A stretch of DNA of 32,000 nt from Microcystis aeruginosa NIES-843. Lineage in GTDB: Bacteria > Cyanobacteriota > Cyanobacteriia > Cyanobacteriales > Microcystaceae. The stretch is taken from the NCBI RefSeq assembly GCF_000010625.1, contig NC_010296.1, positions 930,001 to 962,000 on the forward strand, in the 5' to 3' direction. The position numbers and the translations under genes are program-made. The notes under the pieces are model-generated. The model was not told the DNA's origin. It did not search any database and saw only the letters and a list, made by a program, of their open reading frames with translations. Shown one piece after another: positions 1 to 9,254 of the stretch (positions within the stretch are counted from its first letter, which is position 1; each line of letters opens with the position of its first letter).

Positions 1-202
1 TGTCTTAAATCGCAAGGTTTTGGATTTAATTGAGGGAGATGCGACGACTTTTGAAGCACAGCCCCTAAGAACCCTGGCTGCTTTGGGAGAACTCGCCGTC
101 TATAAGCATGAAGGGTTTTGGCAGTGCATGGATACTTACCGAGAAATGGAAATGCTCAATCACCTTTATGACACTGGACAAGCTAGATGGAAAATATGGT
201 AG
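1..202 (+). CDS. rfbF: glucose-1-phosphate cytidylyltransferase, C-terminal part (5' end outside window)
   Basis: The frame is open from base 2 to TAG at 200-202. The translation ...LDLIEGDATTFEAQPLRTLAALGELAVYKHEGFWQCMDTYREMEMLNHLYDTGQARWKIW shows the GFWQCMDT motif typical of the RfbF/DdhA C-terminus. An rfbG-type start overlaps its 3' end. Confidence 0.8.
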   Translation, partial: VLNRKVLDLIEGDATTFEAQPLRTLAALGELAVYKHEGFWQCMDTYREMEMLNHLYDTGQARWKIW

Positions 203-408
203 AGGAAGCATTTTAGCCTGGCAAAAAGGTCTTTATCACGGGTCATACTGGCTTTAAGGGGTCTTGGCTGGCGTTTTGGTTACTCCATCTGGGGGCAGAG
301 GTAAAAGGCCTCAGTTTAGCCCCCAATACCACCCCCGCCTTAGCTGAGTTAGTGGCTCGTTTAATCGCCTCATGGCAACCGAATGTAATCTTTCATTTAG
401 CGGCGCAA
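113..408 (+). repeat. direct repeat copy A (rfbF-3'/rfbG-5' junction)
   Basis: Aligns base for base with 4894-5246: about 17 mismatches over 296 aligned bases plus one 57-bp gap, hand-counted. Confidence 0.9.
187..408 (+). pseudogene. CDP-glucose 4,6-dehydratase 5' fragment (dead duplicate of 4968-5246)
   Basis: ATGGAAAATATGGTAGAGGAAGCATTTTAG hits a stop after 9 codons. The rest aligns to the start of intact rfbG at 4968 with about 17 hand-counted mismatches and a 57-bp internal deletion. Homology ends at 408. Confidence 0.8.
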
Positions 409-513
409 TGATCGTCTTATACTGAACTCAGGTCATGGACAGATAGTCAATCCTTGAATAGCAGGAGGCACAAAGTGGACATAGTAAATTCAATACATCT
501 CCAGATTAGGAAA

Positions 514-1806
514 ATGCTCAAAAAGCAATCAAAAATTGATGGCAGATTTTTGGTAGTTGCTGCACTTTTAGGATATTTTGGGTTATTGTATCTAGCTAAT
601 TTTTTTGTTCCCTATCACAAGTTTTGGAGGAAACTAGGGGTTCCTGCGGTTAAAAGCCCTTTTATCGATCTTGCAGCCGTATTAGGGGCTTTTGATTGTG
701 ATCGATTGACAGGCGAAGTTTCCCTAACAAATAATTCCTGCTTCACTCAAATAGCTTATCCTAGTAGTTGGTCTTCATTAACTTGGCTGGGGTTAGAGCA
801 GCGTGATACTATATTTTGGGGAGTTTTCTTTGCTTTAATCTTTTATGTTATAACTTTAATCATCATTGGCCGATTAAATTATCAAGAAGCTGTAGTTTAT
901 GCCCTAATTTTATGCTCACCACCGGTAATGCTTTTAGTGGAACGTGGCAACGTAGATATTGTTATCTATTCTTGGCTGGGTGTCGCACTAATGATAATTA
1001 AGAATAGCCGAGCATTAATTTTTAGGTTGTGCGCCTATTTATTAATATTTTTTTGGGGGGTTGTTAAACTATTTCCAATTTTTGGACTGGCGGTAATTCT
1101 TAAAGAAAAAAGAAATCTATTTCTGTTCTTGTCGGCTATTTTTACCACTGCTTTTATTACTTATTTTCTCGCTAGTATAGGGGAGATTAAAACTATCTCA
1201 CAAGCATTTGATGTTGAGCGTGTTTGGTTTCGTTTTGGCCATCAAGCCCTCTTTTTGAAAGTCAAACCTTTTCTATCAAATCTTTCTCTATTTACTGGCG
1301 GCGAAACTGATATTAAAAAGACGATCAGATATATAATTTATATAATTATGAGTTTATTAACGCTATTAATCTTGACCAGAGTTTTATTGTCGAAATTTAA
1401 GATTTTTCAAGAATGGCTTAGTTCCGATTTTGTCTCAACGGATTCGGTTCAATCTTTAGATAAAAGTCAATATATTGATTATTTCCGTCTTGCAGCAGGC
1501 ATTTATTTAGGAAATTATCTGGTTATTGGCCTTGTTATGGATTATAAATTAACTTTTCTAATCTTTGCCCTTCCTCAAATCTTGGATTGGATTAAGCAAG
1601 AAAATCAGTTAAGCTTGTCTTCCAGTATGGCTTTAGTCGCTATAGTGGTAACCTTTTACGCGAGTCCATTCTTACATCCTTGGGCAATTGATGAAATTAT
1701 CAATTTGCTCTTATTTGTCAATCTATTATACATTTCACTTTTCTCTATACCTGAATGGCTAAAATTTTTAGTCCATAAGAGATTATCTGGCAAATTTTCT
1801 GGATAA
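514..1806 (+). CDS. polytopic integral membrane protein, function unknown (possibly glycan polymerase or GT-C-like)
   Basis: Long ORF. ATG at 514 (MLKKQSKIDGRF...) is preferred over the TTG at 454 in the ORF track. The protein has many hydrophobic segments of 20 or more residues (e.g. FLVVAALLGYFGLLYLANFFV, IFWGVFFALIFYVITLIIIG). It sits in a glycan-island context. I recognise no diagnostic motif. Confidence 0.6.
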   Translation: MLKKQSKIDGRFLVVAALLGYFGLLYLANFFVPYHKFWRKLGVPAVKSPFIDLAAVLGAFDCDRLTGEVSLTNNSCFTQIAYPSSWSSLTWLGLEQRDTIFWGVFFALIFYVITLIIIGRLNYQEAVVYALILCSPPVMLLVERGNVDIVIYSWLGVALMIIKNSRALIFRLCAYLLIFFWGVVKLFPIFGLAVILKEKRNLFLFLSAIFTTAFITYFLASIGEIKTISQAFDVERVWFRFGHQALFLKVKPFLSNLSLFTGGETDIKKTIRYIIYIIMSLLTLLILTRVLLSKFKIFQEWLSSDFVSTDSVQSLDKSQYIDYFRLAAGIYLGNYLVIGLVMDYKLTFLIFALPQILDWIKQENQLSLSSSMALVAIVVTFYASPFLHPWAIDEIINLLLFVNLLYISLFSIPEWLKFLVHKRLSGKFSG

Positions 1807-1867
1807 AAGTTTAACCACAGCCTAATATCATTTTTCAAAAGTGATGACAGACTTAGTTGATTATTCC

Positions 1868-1906
1868 AAAGCGCAATTCCGCTCTCGGAAAGGAATTGCG
1901 CTTTTA
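1868..1906. terminator. putative bidirectional intrinsic terminator between convergent genes
   Basis: Perfect 10-bp stem GCGCAATTCC (1871-1880) / GGAATTGCGC (1892-1901) with an 11-nt loop. It is flanked by AAA upstream and TTTT downstream. It lies between the + strand gene ending at 1806 and the - strand gene ending at 2103. Confidence 0.5.
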
Positions 1907-2102
1907 GATGTTAGTCACGACTATTGAAAATTGGTATAATATATAGCAAAACCAAATGAATTGTAAAAGCTCCTCATCCCTAACCCCTCTCTCACTCTGG
2001 AGAGCGGAGAAGAATTGTGTTTAAGAATTATTTAGACTGGCTCCGTTAAATACTTCCTGAGACTTTTGGCTGACTAATAAAATGCCTTTCTGTCAAGTGG
2101 AA

Positions 2103-3005
2103 TTAATATTTATATTCCCCTGTCAGTTTTCTGACCAGTTTCCACAGAAAACGATTCCAGGGTTTTCTGTACAAGTACCGACTACTCGCAGTAGGTTGTC
2201 TAATTTTAAAATCAGTGTTGCTGATATCATAGACCTTTGCTAGGTCTTTCAGAGTGAACTCAATAGGGGTTTTATCAACTAGCCGCTCAAAAACTTCAAC
2301 ATTATTTTTAAGAATATCATCCTTTTTTTTCAATAATGGATATGGCTTCTTGGCGTGTCGATTAAACAAAAACAATGCTTCTGTTGGCTCATAATGCTGC
2401 GGCTTTTGAATTTTACTATGGCCACCGCTGCGGGCATTCTTAACTCGAATGTCAGTAAAACACATTTGCTTCAGGGGAAAGGTTTGATAACAAACCCACT
2501 GAAGATACCAATCAGTCCGATGTGCCCCATGATAAATCGCCGGTAAGATAACATCAGCATAGCTTTGGGAGAGGATTTGAGATTCTGCATCATATCCACT
2601 AATGGGAAAGCATTTTCTGGAGATGAACTCTTCATAAGAAGCTTTAATCGGTAGAAATGCCCACTGTTTAGGATCATAAAAAGTTCCAGCAATGGGATGA
2701 TATTCATCGAGCAATTCTTTTATCTTTTTGGGAATATCTACTCCTTCATCAGCAACAAAGGTAACATCATCATCGATAAAAATGTAGTATTCATAATCTT
2801 TAGGAACTTCCCTATATAGCAAGCTCCTGCCCTCACTCCAAGTCACTCCTTTTGCAGTAATGAAAGCATTGGGTTCATCTTCCGTTGCCCAATTAAGGCG
2901 ATAAAAGTCACTAAATTCAGTAGTAAATAGTTCTCGTTTTTCTATAGTGCAAGGCTCATTAATTAGTTTGCCCTGTTCCAAAATACAGAAGGTTTTTTTA
3001 CTCAT
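2103..3005 (-). CDS. hypothetical protein with a DxD-type motif (possible glycosyltransferase)
   Basis: 300-aa ORF with an ATG start. YYIFIDDDVTFV resembles the acidic DxD motif of GT-A-fold glycosyltransferases. Location in the glycan island supports this. No family recognised. Confidence 0.5.
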   Translation of the reverse strand: MSKKTFCILEQGKLINEPCTIEKRELFTTEFSDFYRLNWATEDEPNAFITAKGVTWSEGRSLLYREVPKDYEYYIFIDDDVTFVADEGVDIPKKIKELLDEYHPIAGTFYDPKQWAFLPIKASYEEFISRKCFPISGYDAESQILSQSYADVILPAIYHGAHRTDWYLQWVCYQTFPLKQMCFTDIRVKNARSGGHSKIQKPQHYEPTEALFLFNRHAKKPYPLLKKKDDILKNNVEVFERLVDKTPIEFTLKDLAKVYDISNTDFKIRQPTASSRYLYRKPWNRFLWKLVRKLTGEYKY

Positions 3006-3290
3006 TTACAAATTAGATAAAGTTCGGTACGAGTTCAAGTTTTAGCTTAATATATAGCCAGTCTAAACGATTTGCCAACACCACGAGCATCATATCTCCG
3101 GAGTGGGAGAGGAGATGGGGGTGAACCGGTCCCCACGACCCACCTAGGTAGGCCACAGCACCCTTCATGTCACCCTCAGTATATAGCCCTAAGTTTGAAG
3201 CAGCCATGGGGTGGACAGGAGTAAATGAATAAATTGTGCTTCCGGCGAGTTAAAACCGCTACATAACAATTTTGAGTCCAGAATAATATT

Positions 3291-4508
3291 AGAACTCTTG
3301 CAAATTAATTATATGTTATAATGATGGGTTAACTAATTTTCCCCAAAAAATTAGTTAATCAGTACATTCGTCCTGAATGAAAACTTGAAGTTTAACTTTT
3401 AACTCAAAACTCTTTAGAGCTGCTTTAATTTGGTTATCAAAACCTCTTTATTTAAGCGGCACAAACTATCTCAATTTTTATAATTGAGAATAAATTCTCC
3501 TTGACTTGATTAATCTTTAGGCAACTTTTAAGAAGCTGCTATACCTATCCCTAACTCACAGTTATAAATAGCCGCCAACAAGTTAACTCTTAAACTATAT
3601 CTTCGACGACGATTCCGATATTTACAGGATAAGATTTTAAAGATTTTGAGTTTCCTATTTATATGTTCAATGATAATCCTTTCTTTAGCTAAAGCCTTGT
3701 TATACTCTTTTTCTAACTCTGTTAATTTTCTATTTTTCGATTTCTTTTTCGGTGTATAACTATTACTATGGTATGCAGCTATTCCCTGATAACCACTGTC
3801 TTCTATGCTGGTAGTTAAAGGATGAAAACGAACTCGACTTTTTTTAAATAAACTAAAATCATGACCTCTACCTTTCCCACAGAAGACACAGATAATTTCC
3901 TCTGTATTTTGATCAGCTACTAATTGGGATTTTAAAGTATGATAACCTCTTTTACCCGAAAAAAAATCTTTCTGTTTCTTTTGGGGGCGTTCAATGGGAG
4001 TTTCCGTTACATCCATTACCGTTATGACCGGTATCTCTGCTTGATTGAGTAAAGCTTTTTTTCCTTTTAAACGGAAGTTTCCCGATTGTAAAAGCATTTT
4101 TTCCGTCTTATTTACAATCCGACATATAGTTGATTCTGATAGTTCCCAGCTTGTACCAATGTGAAAATATGTTCTATATTCTCGCCAATATTCTAACGTT
4201 ACTAAAACTTGTTCTTCTATAGATAGTTTAGGTTTCGGTCCCCTTTTAGATGGTGAATTAGAGTCGGCTTCAACACTTTTTACTGATTCTACCATCTTTC
4301 TATATGTTTGTTTGTACACACCGAAACGGCGTTTGAATTGTTCATCTGATAAGTTTTGATAATCCATAATTTTGCTAATAAACATAGCAAAATTATAGAT
4401 GATTTCCTGACCTAAGATCACATTTTATTCTTTTTTCCACTTCAATCTAAGAATTGAGAAAAAAGCAAAACCTTATATTATACCATAAAAAAATTATGCA
4501 AGAGGTCT
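3291..4508 (-). mobile_element. insertion sequence, ~1.2 kb, single DDE transposase (IS5 / Harbinger-like type)
   Basis: Imperfect terminal inverted repeats: AGAACTCTTGCA at 3291-3302 versus the reverse complement of TGCAAGAGGTCT at 4497-4508 (11/12 match). With these ends, ATT flanks both sides (3288-3290 and 4509-4511), a possible 3-bp target duplication. The element encloses the transposase ORF. Confidence 0.65.
3528..4367 (-). CDS. DDE transposase (HTH plus DDE_Tnp_4-like, IS5 superfamily)
   Basis: MDYQNLSDEQFKRRFGVYKQTYRKMVESV...LSIEEQVLVTLEYWREYRTYFHIG...MDVTETPIERP...FFSGKRGYHTLKSQ...GRGHDFSLFK...IEDSGYQGI...ERIIIEHINRKLKIFKIL is the typical layout of this transposase type. The start is set at ATG 4367; the ORF track extends to 4421. 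Confidence 0.85.
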   Translation of the reverse strand: MDYQNLSDEQFKRRFGVYKQTYRKMVESVKSVEADSNSPSKRGPKPKLSIEEQVLVTLEYWREYRTYFHIGTSWELSESTICRIVNKTEKMLLQSGNFRLKGKKALLNQAEIPVITVMDVTETPIERPQKKQKDFFSGKRGYHTLKSQLVADQNTEEIICVFCGKGRGHDFSLFKKSRVRFHPLTTSIEDSGYQGIAAYHSNSYTPKKKSKNRKLTELEKEYNKALAKERIIIEHINRKLKIFKILSCKYRNRRRRYSLRVNLLAAIYNCELGIGIAAS

Positions 4509-4893
4509 ATTAAAATCCCTGCCACTTGGGCATAGCTGTATGTTTACACCAAATTCAAGTCATATACAATAAGTATAAATACTTAATTGATTTTCCCTTG
4601 AATCACGAGGCATCGAAAATCAAGAACGACTCTCCCCGCTCAGAAGTTCCCTGCGCTCCTTTTGTCTCAGCTAACCATTCTAGATACCTAACAGCTTAAC
4701 CAATTGACATCCTCGGTCAAGTTCATGTATAGTGACTCCCAAAGATTTAGGGTGATGGCTTTAAGCCTTCTCAAAAATTCTTTTCAGCGATTACTGGCAG
4801 AAAGCCGTTGAAATTAACTGAAAACCCGGTACAGCAAGTCTATTTGACTTGTGAACAATAATAGCTCCCCTCTCCCCCTGGGATGAGCCTGAT

Positions 4894-4983
4894 GGGTTTT
4901 GGCAGTGTATGGATACTTACCGAGAAATGGAAATGCTCAATCACCTTTATGACAGTGGACAAGCTAGATGGAAAATATGGTAA
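4894..4983 (+). pseudogene. rfbF 3'-terminal stump (duplicate of 113-202)
   Basis: GFWQCMDTYREMEMLNHLYDSGQARWKIW* is encoded with no upstream rfbF body. Homology to copy A begins abruptly at GGGTTTTGGCAG (4894). Confidence 0.8.
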
Positions 4984-5246
4984 AGAAAGCATTTTGGCCG
5001 GGCAAAAAGGTCTTTATTACTGGTCATACTGGCTTTAAGGGGTCTTGGCTGGGGTTTTGGTTACTCCATCTAGGAGCAGAGGTAAAAGGCCTCAGTTTAG
5101 CTCCCAATACCACCCCCGCCTTATTTGAGCAATTAGACTTAGCTCAAAACCTGAGTCATCATATAGGAGATATTCGAGAGGCTGAGTTAGTGACTCGTTT
5201 AATCGCTTCATGGCAACCGGATGTAGTCTTTCATTTAGCGGCACAA
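4894..5246 (+). repeat. direct repeat copy B (rfbF-3'/rfbG-5' junction)
   Basis: Partner of 113-408. Contains the 57 bp (TTTGAGCAATTAG...ATTCGAGAG) that copy A lacks. Confidence 0.9.
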
Positions 5247-6113
5247 CCCCTAGTGCGGCTTTCTTATCTGGAGTCGGTGGAAACGTGGAACACAAATGTT
5301 ATGGGGACTATTCACGTTTTAGAGGCCCTGAAAAGCCTGACTCATCCCTGTGCCGCCGTGTTTATTACTAGCGATAAGTGCTATGAGAATCGGGAATGGG
5401 TCTATGGTTATCGGGAAAATGACCCCTTGGGGGGTTACGATCCCTATAGTTCTAGCAAAGCGGGGGCGGAATTGGCGATCGCATCTTGGCGAAATTCCTT
5501 CTTTAAAACCCCTCAAACCCCCATCGGTATTGCCAGCGCTAGGGCCGGAAATGTCATTGGTGGGGGAGATTGGTCCCTAGACCGGATTGTACCCGATGCG
5601 ATGCGGGCCTTGATCAAATCCGAACCGATTCCGGTGCGGAACCCTCTAGCGACTCGTCCTTGGCAGCACGTTTTAGAGCCTTTAGGGGGCTATTTACGTT
5701 TAGCTGAGTCGATTTATGAGCAGTTGATGACAGCCAATTGGCAGCAAGACAGCCGGGGGTTATATGGGGCGTTTAATTTCGGTCCGTCTCTGACTTCTAA
5801 TCGTCCGGTTAAAGAGTTAGTTGAGTCTATCCTACAACTTTGGCCAGGGACTTGGCTCGATCAAAGTGATCCGAAGGCTGTTCATGAGGCTAAATTGCTT
5901 AATCTAGTCACAGATAAGGCTTTCCATACCCTAAAATGGCAACCCGTCTGGGATTTTCGGCAAACCCTCAAGGAAACGGTGACATGGTATTATCAAGCTA
6001 ATCAAATTGCACCTAGCAATAATCAAGGGTTTCAAAACTTAACCCGATCACAAATCGATCTATACCAAGCCGATGTCTTCAGTGAAAAAGTAGGTAGCTT
6101 TTGTGTTCCATAA
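4968..6113 (+). CDS. rfbG: CDP-glucose 4,6-dehydratase
   Basis: The N-terminus KKVFITGHTGFKGSWLGFWLLHLGAEVKGLSL is the characteristic Rossmann start of RfbG/DdhB. YSSSK (YxxxK) is present. 381 aa. Its start overlaps the rfbF-type stop, as in known rfbF-rfbG pairs. Confidence 0.9.
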   Translation: MENMVKKAFWPGKKVFITGHTGFKGSWLGFWLLHLGAEVKGLSLAPNTTPALFEQLDLAQNLSHHIGDIREAELVTRLIASWQPDVVFHLAAQPLVRLSYLESVETWNTNVMGTIHVLEALKSLTHPCAAVFITSDKCYENREWVYGYRENDPLGGYDPYSSSKAGAELAIASWRNSFFKTPQTPIGIASARAGNVIGGGDWSLDRIVPDAMRALIKSEPIPVRNPLATRPWQHVLEPLGGYLRLAESIYEQLMTANWQQDSRGLYGAFNFGPSLTSNRPVKELVESILQLWPGTWLDQSDPKAVHEAKLLNLVTDKAFHTLKWQPVWDFRQTLKETVTWYYQANQIAPSNNQGFQNLTRSQIDLYQADVFSEKVGSFCVP

Positions 6114-6187
6114 TATTTATTGCTACATTCCGGCGTTCCCCAAAACCAGAGACTTCGTACATCACCATTAGGATAAATTCTACAAAT

Positions 6188-7234
6188 ATGACCAAAGTTT
6201 ACTTCTACGCAACAAGTGAAAAGGAGATGCGGTTACTTAATAGACAAGATCCCGACTCTTTCCTCGGTATTCATGATCATTTTTCAGGGGAAATTGCGAC
6301 GAGTTATATCTATCTTAAAAAGGCGGGTTTAGATTGTGAAGTTATTAACACAATTCCTGAGGAAGGAATTGTGTTCGCAGATAAAAAGAGTTTTGATAAA
6401 ACCTTGCTAGAGATCAAAAAATATCTTGGCCGACCTACCCGTTTTTACAAATATCCAGGAGGAAATGCTATGTTAATCGCAATGAAATCTGATTTCCAGT
6501 TTTATCCACCTGCTCATATAAATATTGTTCATAATGCCGTGGATTTCCAGAAAAACCGTAATTCTATTTGGAATCCTTACTATATTATTTCTCCTTGGCC
6601 TCAGCCTGGATTGATCCCTCGATTGAAAGAGCGTGGCTGTCTGGTTGAAAATGTGGCTTATCTTGGTGATCAATCTCAATTAGCAGAAGAACTGAAATCA
6701 GATAAATGGCGTGATGCCTTATCTTCTCTAGGATGCAAGTGGTGGCCAATTCTTGAGCCTAAAAAGTGGAACGACTATAGTAATATAGATGTGGTTATTG
6801 CTGCTAGAAGTTTCGATGGCAACCCATACATCAACAAACCCGCTAATAAATTAATCAATTGTTGGCGAACTGGTGTTCCAGCAATCATGACTCCAGAGTC
6901 CTCAATCTTGGCAGAAAAGAAAAGCGACTTAGACTTTCTTTTGGTTAATTCTCTGGACGAAGCTATCTCAGCAGTTAGTAAGTTAAAGAGTAGTCCCAAC
7001 CTTTATGCTAACATGGTCAGTAATGCCCAGGAAAGGGCTAAGGATTTTACTGTAGAAAAAGGTTGTGAAAGATTTATGAAATTTTTTGAGGAATTTGCGT
7101 TTCCTACCTATAATGAATGGATTAAATTAACGGAAAGTCAGAAAAAAACTCTTTTCTGGAGACGTTGTTCTAAATTGAGATTAGACAATTTTAAGGACAG
7201 AACAATTAATAGTTTTATCGAGCGGTTTTTCTAA
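6188..7234 (+). CDS. hypothetical protein inserted between rfbG and rfbH (possible glycosyltransferase-like)
   Basis: 349 aa from ATG 6188 ([13 protein letters not shown]...). The track ORF from 6101 overlaps the rfbG end and looks over-extended. C-terminal [16 protein letters not shown] faintly resembles GT-B C-terminal domains. No firm family. Confidence 0.5.
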   Translation: MTKVYFYATSEKEMRLLNRQDPDSFLGIHDHFSGEIATSYIYLKKAGLDCEVINTIPEEGIVFADKKSFDKTLLEIKKYLGRPTRFYKYPGGNAMLIAMKSDFQFYPPAHINIVHNAVDFQKNRNSIWNPYYIISPWPQPGLIPRLKERGCLVENVAYLGDQSQLAEELKSDKWRDALSSLGCKWWPILEPKKWNDYSNIDVVIAARSFDGNPYINKPANKLINCWRTGVPAIMTPESSILAEKKSDLDFLLVNSLDEAISAVSKLKSSPNLYANMVSNAQERAKDFTVEKGCERFMKFFEEFAFPTYNEWIKLTESQKKTLFWRRCSKLRLDNFKDRTINSFIERFF

Positions 7235-7254
7235 CGAATATTATTGCACAAATC

Positions 7255-8601
7255 ATGACACAACCTATCCATCGTCCGACTGGTACATCTGAGCAAGAAC
7301 AAGACCTGCGATCGCAAGTCTTTCAAGCCGTACAAGAATACTACAAGCACAAATTTCAACCCCGGGCTTTTGTGGCGGGACAAACCTATATCCCAGCATC
7401 GGGTAAGGTATTTGATGAGCAAGAATTAGTCAAATTAGTGGATTCTTCCCTAGATTTCTGGTTAACGACGGGCAGATATGCGGCGGAATTTGAGGAACGT
7501 TTTGCCCAGTGGATGGCGGTAAAACATTGTTTATTAGTCAATTCCGGCTCTTCGGCCAATTTAGTGGCTTTAAGTGCCTTAACTTCCCCTAAACTAGGGG
7601 AAAAACAACTTAAACCGGGGGATGAAGTCATTACCGTCGCCGCAGGTTTCCCGACTACAGTTAATCCCATCTTTCAAAATCAGCTAATTCCCGTCTTTTT
7701 AGACGTTAAATTACCCGGTTATGACCTTGATATTGATCAAATGGAATCGGCCTTGTCAGAGAAGACTAAAGCGATTATGATCGCTCATACCCTGGGAAAT
7801 CCCTTTAATTTAGAAGCGGTGATGGCTTTTGCCGAAAAACATGACCTCTGGGTAGTTGAGGATAACTGTGACGCGGTGGGAAGTCTCTATAAAGGGCAAA
7901 AAACCGGCACCTTTGGGCATTTAGCAACGGTTAGCTTTTATCCTGCCCATCACATGACCATGGGAGAAGGGGGTGCGGTTTTAACCAGTGATACCCGCTT
8001 GAAAAAGATTGTCGAGTCATTCCGTGACTGGGGGAGAGATTGTTGGTGTCCTCCGGGGGTAGATAATACCTGTAATAAGCGCTTCGGTTGGCAGTTAGGA
8101 GATTTGCCCTTTGGCTATGACCATAAGTACACCTATTCTCATGTGGGTTATAACCTAAAGATGACCGATATGCAAGCCGCCGTCGGGGTAGCGCAACTGG
8201 ATAAATTGCCCGGATTTATCAAAAAGCGTCGGGAAAATTTCGACTTTTTGCATCAAAAGTTACAGGAGCTTCAAGATGTTTTAATTCTGCCTGAAGCCAG
8301 CCCGGATTCTGAACCGAGTTGGTTCGGGTTTCCGATTTTTGTTAAGGAAAATGCTCCTTTTAGCCGCAATGATTTAGTTAAGCATTTGGAGGAAAAGCGC
8401 ATCGGCACAAGGCTATTATTTGGGGGAAATTTACTGCGCCAGCCTCTTTATAAGGGGTTAAATTATCGAGTTGTTGGGGATTTAAGCAATGCCGATAAAA
8501 TCATGAGTAGTGTTTTTTGGCTGGGCATTTATCCCGGATTAACCGAGGAGATGTTAACCTATGTAGCGGCGACCATCAGAAAATTTTGTCATGGCCAATA
8601 A
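7255..8601 (+). CDS. rfbH: CDP-6-deoxy-L-threo-D-glycero-4-hexulose-3-dehydrase (E1), DegT/RfbH family
   Basis: DegT-type fold ([17 protein letters not shown]). [14 protein letters not shown] carries His where aminotransferases have the PLP lysine. Cys205, Cys263, Cys265 and Cys273 give exactly C-X57-C-X1-C-X7-C, the unusual [2Fe-2S] motif described for E1. 448 aa. Confidence 0.9.
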   Translation: MTQPIHRPTGTSEQEQDLRSQVFQAVQEYYKHKFQPRAFVAGQTYIPASGKVFDEQELVKLVDSSLDFWLTTGRYAAEFEERFAQWMAVKHCLLVNSGSSANLVALSALTSPKLGEKQLKPGDEVITVAAGFPTTVNPIFQNQLIPVFLDVKLPGYDLDIDQMESALSEKTKAIMIAHTLGNPFNLEAVMAFAEKHDLWVVEDNCDAVGSLYKGQKTGTFGHLATVSFYPAHHMTMGEGGAVLTSDTRLKKIVESFRDWGRDCWCPPGVDNTCNKRFGWQLGDLPFGYDHKYTYSHVGYNLKMTDMQAAVGVAQLDKLPGFIKKRRENFDFLHQKLQELQDVLILPEASPDSEPSWFGFPIFVKENAPFSRNDLVKHLEEKRIGTRLLFGGNLLRQPLYKGLNYRVVGDLSNADKIMSSVFWLGIYPGLTEEMLTYVAATIRKFCHGQ

Positions 8602-8687
8602 AATTACCGAACTTTTGGGACAAAATTTCCGAGCATGGGGGATCAACCTTAATCCACTGTCAATCCACTTAAAATCTTGAAAAACTG

Positions 8688-9230
8688 ATGAAAATCACTG
8701 AGACAAGGATTCCTAAGTGCTACGAAATTGTCCCCACTATTTTAGAAGACAAGCGTGGTCGTTTTGTTAAAACTCTACATCAGGACATCTATAAAAGTCA
8801 CCAGTTAATTATTAACTTTGCTGAAGAATATTACTCGGTGTCCAAGAAAAATGTTTTGAGAGGACTACATTTCCAAGTTCCTCCGCAAGATTGCACAAAA
8901 ATTGTGTATTGTCTCGAAGGGTCGGTAATGGATGTAGTGGTAGATTTGCGTAAAGGCTCGCCAACCTATGGCGAGTTTGAGTTGTTTAATCTGAGTTCTG
9001 AAAATGGTAAGATAATCTATATCCCTTCTGGCCTAGCGCATGGTTTTTATGTTACCAGCGAAACGGCAATTATGTGCTATAAAGTATCAACAGTATATTC
9101 TCCCAAAGAAGATACAGGAATTCTTTGGAATTCCGTAGTAATACCTTGGCCAAATCTACATCCTATCTTATCTGAACGAGATCAGAGTTTTCTTCCTTTT
9201 TCAGAATTTCGGAGTCCGTTGGTTTATTGA
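8688..9230 (+). CDS. RmlC-family cupin sugar-nucleotide 3,5- (or 5-) epimerase
   Basis: 180 aa. The LRGLHFQ motif, FVKT..DxRG and GLAHGF are typical of dTDP-4-dehydrorhamnose 3,5-epimerase-like enzymes. Substrate is probably a CDP-4-keto sugar, given the context. Confidence 0.8.
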   Translation: MKITETRIPKCYEIVPTILEDKRGRFVKTLHQDIYKSHQLIINFAEEYYSVSKKNVLRGLHFQVPPQDCTKIVYCLEGSVMDVVVDLRKGSPTYGEFELFNLSSENGKIIYIPSGLAHGFYVTSETAIMCYKVSTVYSPKEDTGILWNSVVIPWPNLHPILSERDQSFLPFSEFRSPLVY

Positions 9231-9254
9231 GAATCAAAACAATTTAAAGAAAGC

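Noticed and set aside
454-513. TTG start at 454 for the membrane protein; similarly 6101, 10177, 13430, 21352 and 23482 in the ORF track
   Set aside because: These are maximal-ORF extensions using rare starts, or they overlap upstream genes. Internal ATG codons give N-termini that match family expectations or avoid overlaps.
1961-2010. CCCTAACCCCTCTCTCACTCTGGAGAGCGGAG imperfect palindrome, considered as a regulatory site or MITE
   Set aside because: It has only a short 5-bp stem (CTCTC/GAGAG), and only a partly similar fragment (CCCCTCTCCCCCTGGG, about 4867-4882) recurs in the window. It is probably a fragment of a dispersed cyanobacterial repeat. There is not enough evidence to call it.
3013-3207. 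64-aa minus-strand ORF, plus a locally GC-richer non-coding stretch (about 3060-3290) between the DxD gene and the IS
   Set aside because: There is no recognisable family, RBS or RNA motif (I looked for group II intron domain V, tRNA and CRISPR repeat). It could be a remnant of a disrupted gene or element next to the IS, but I cannot support any call.
5092-5580. Three ORFs of 65-76 aa (5092-5295 -, 5319-5516 -, 5350-5580 +) inside rfbG
   Set aside because: They lie wholly within a strongly supported CDS in other frames or on the other strand, with no motifs. They are typical shadow ORFs.
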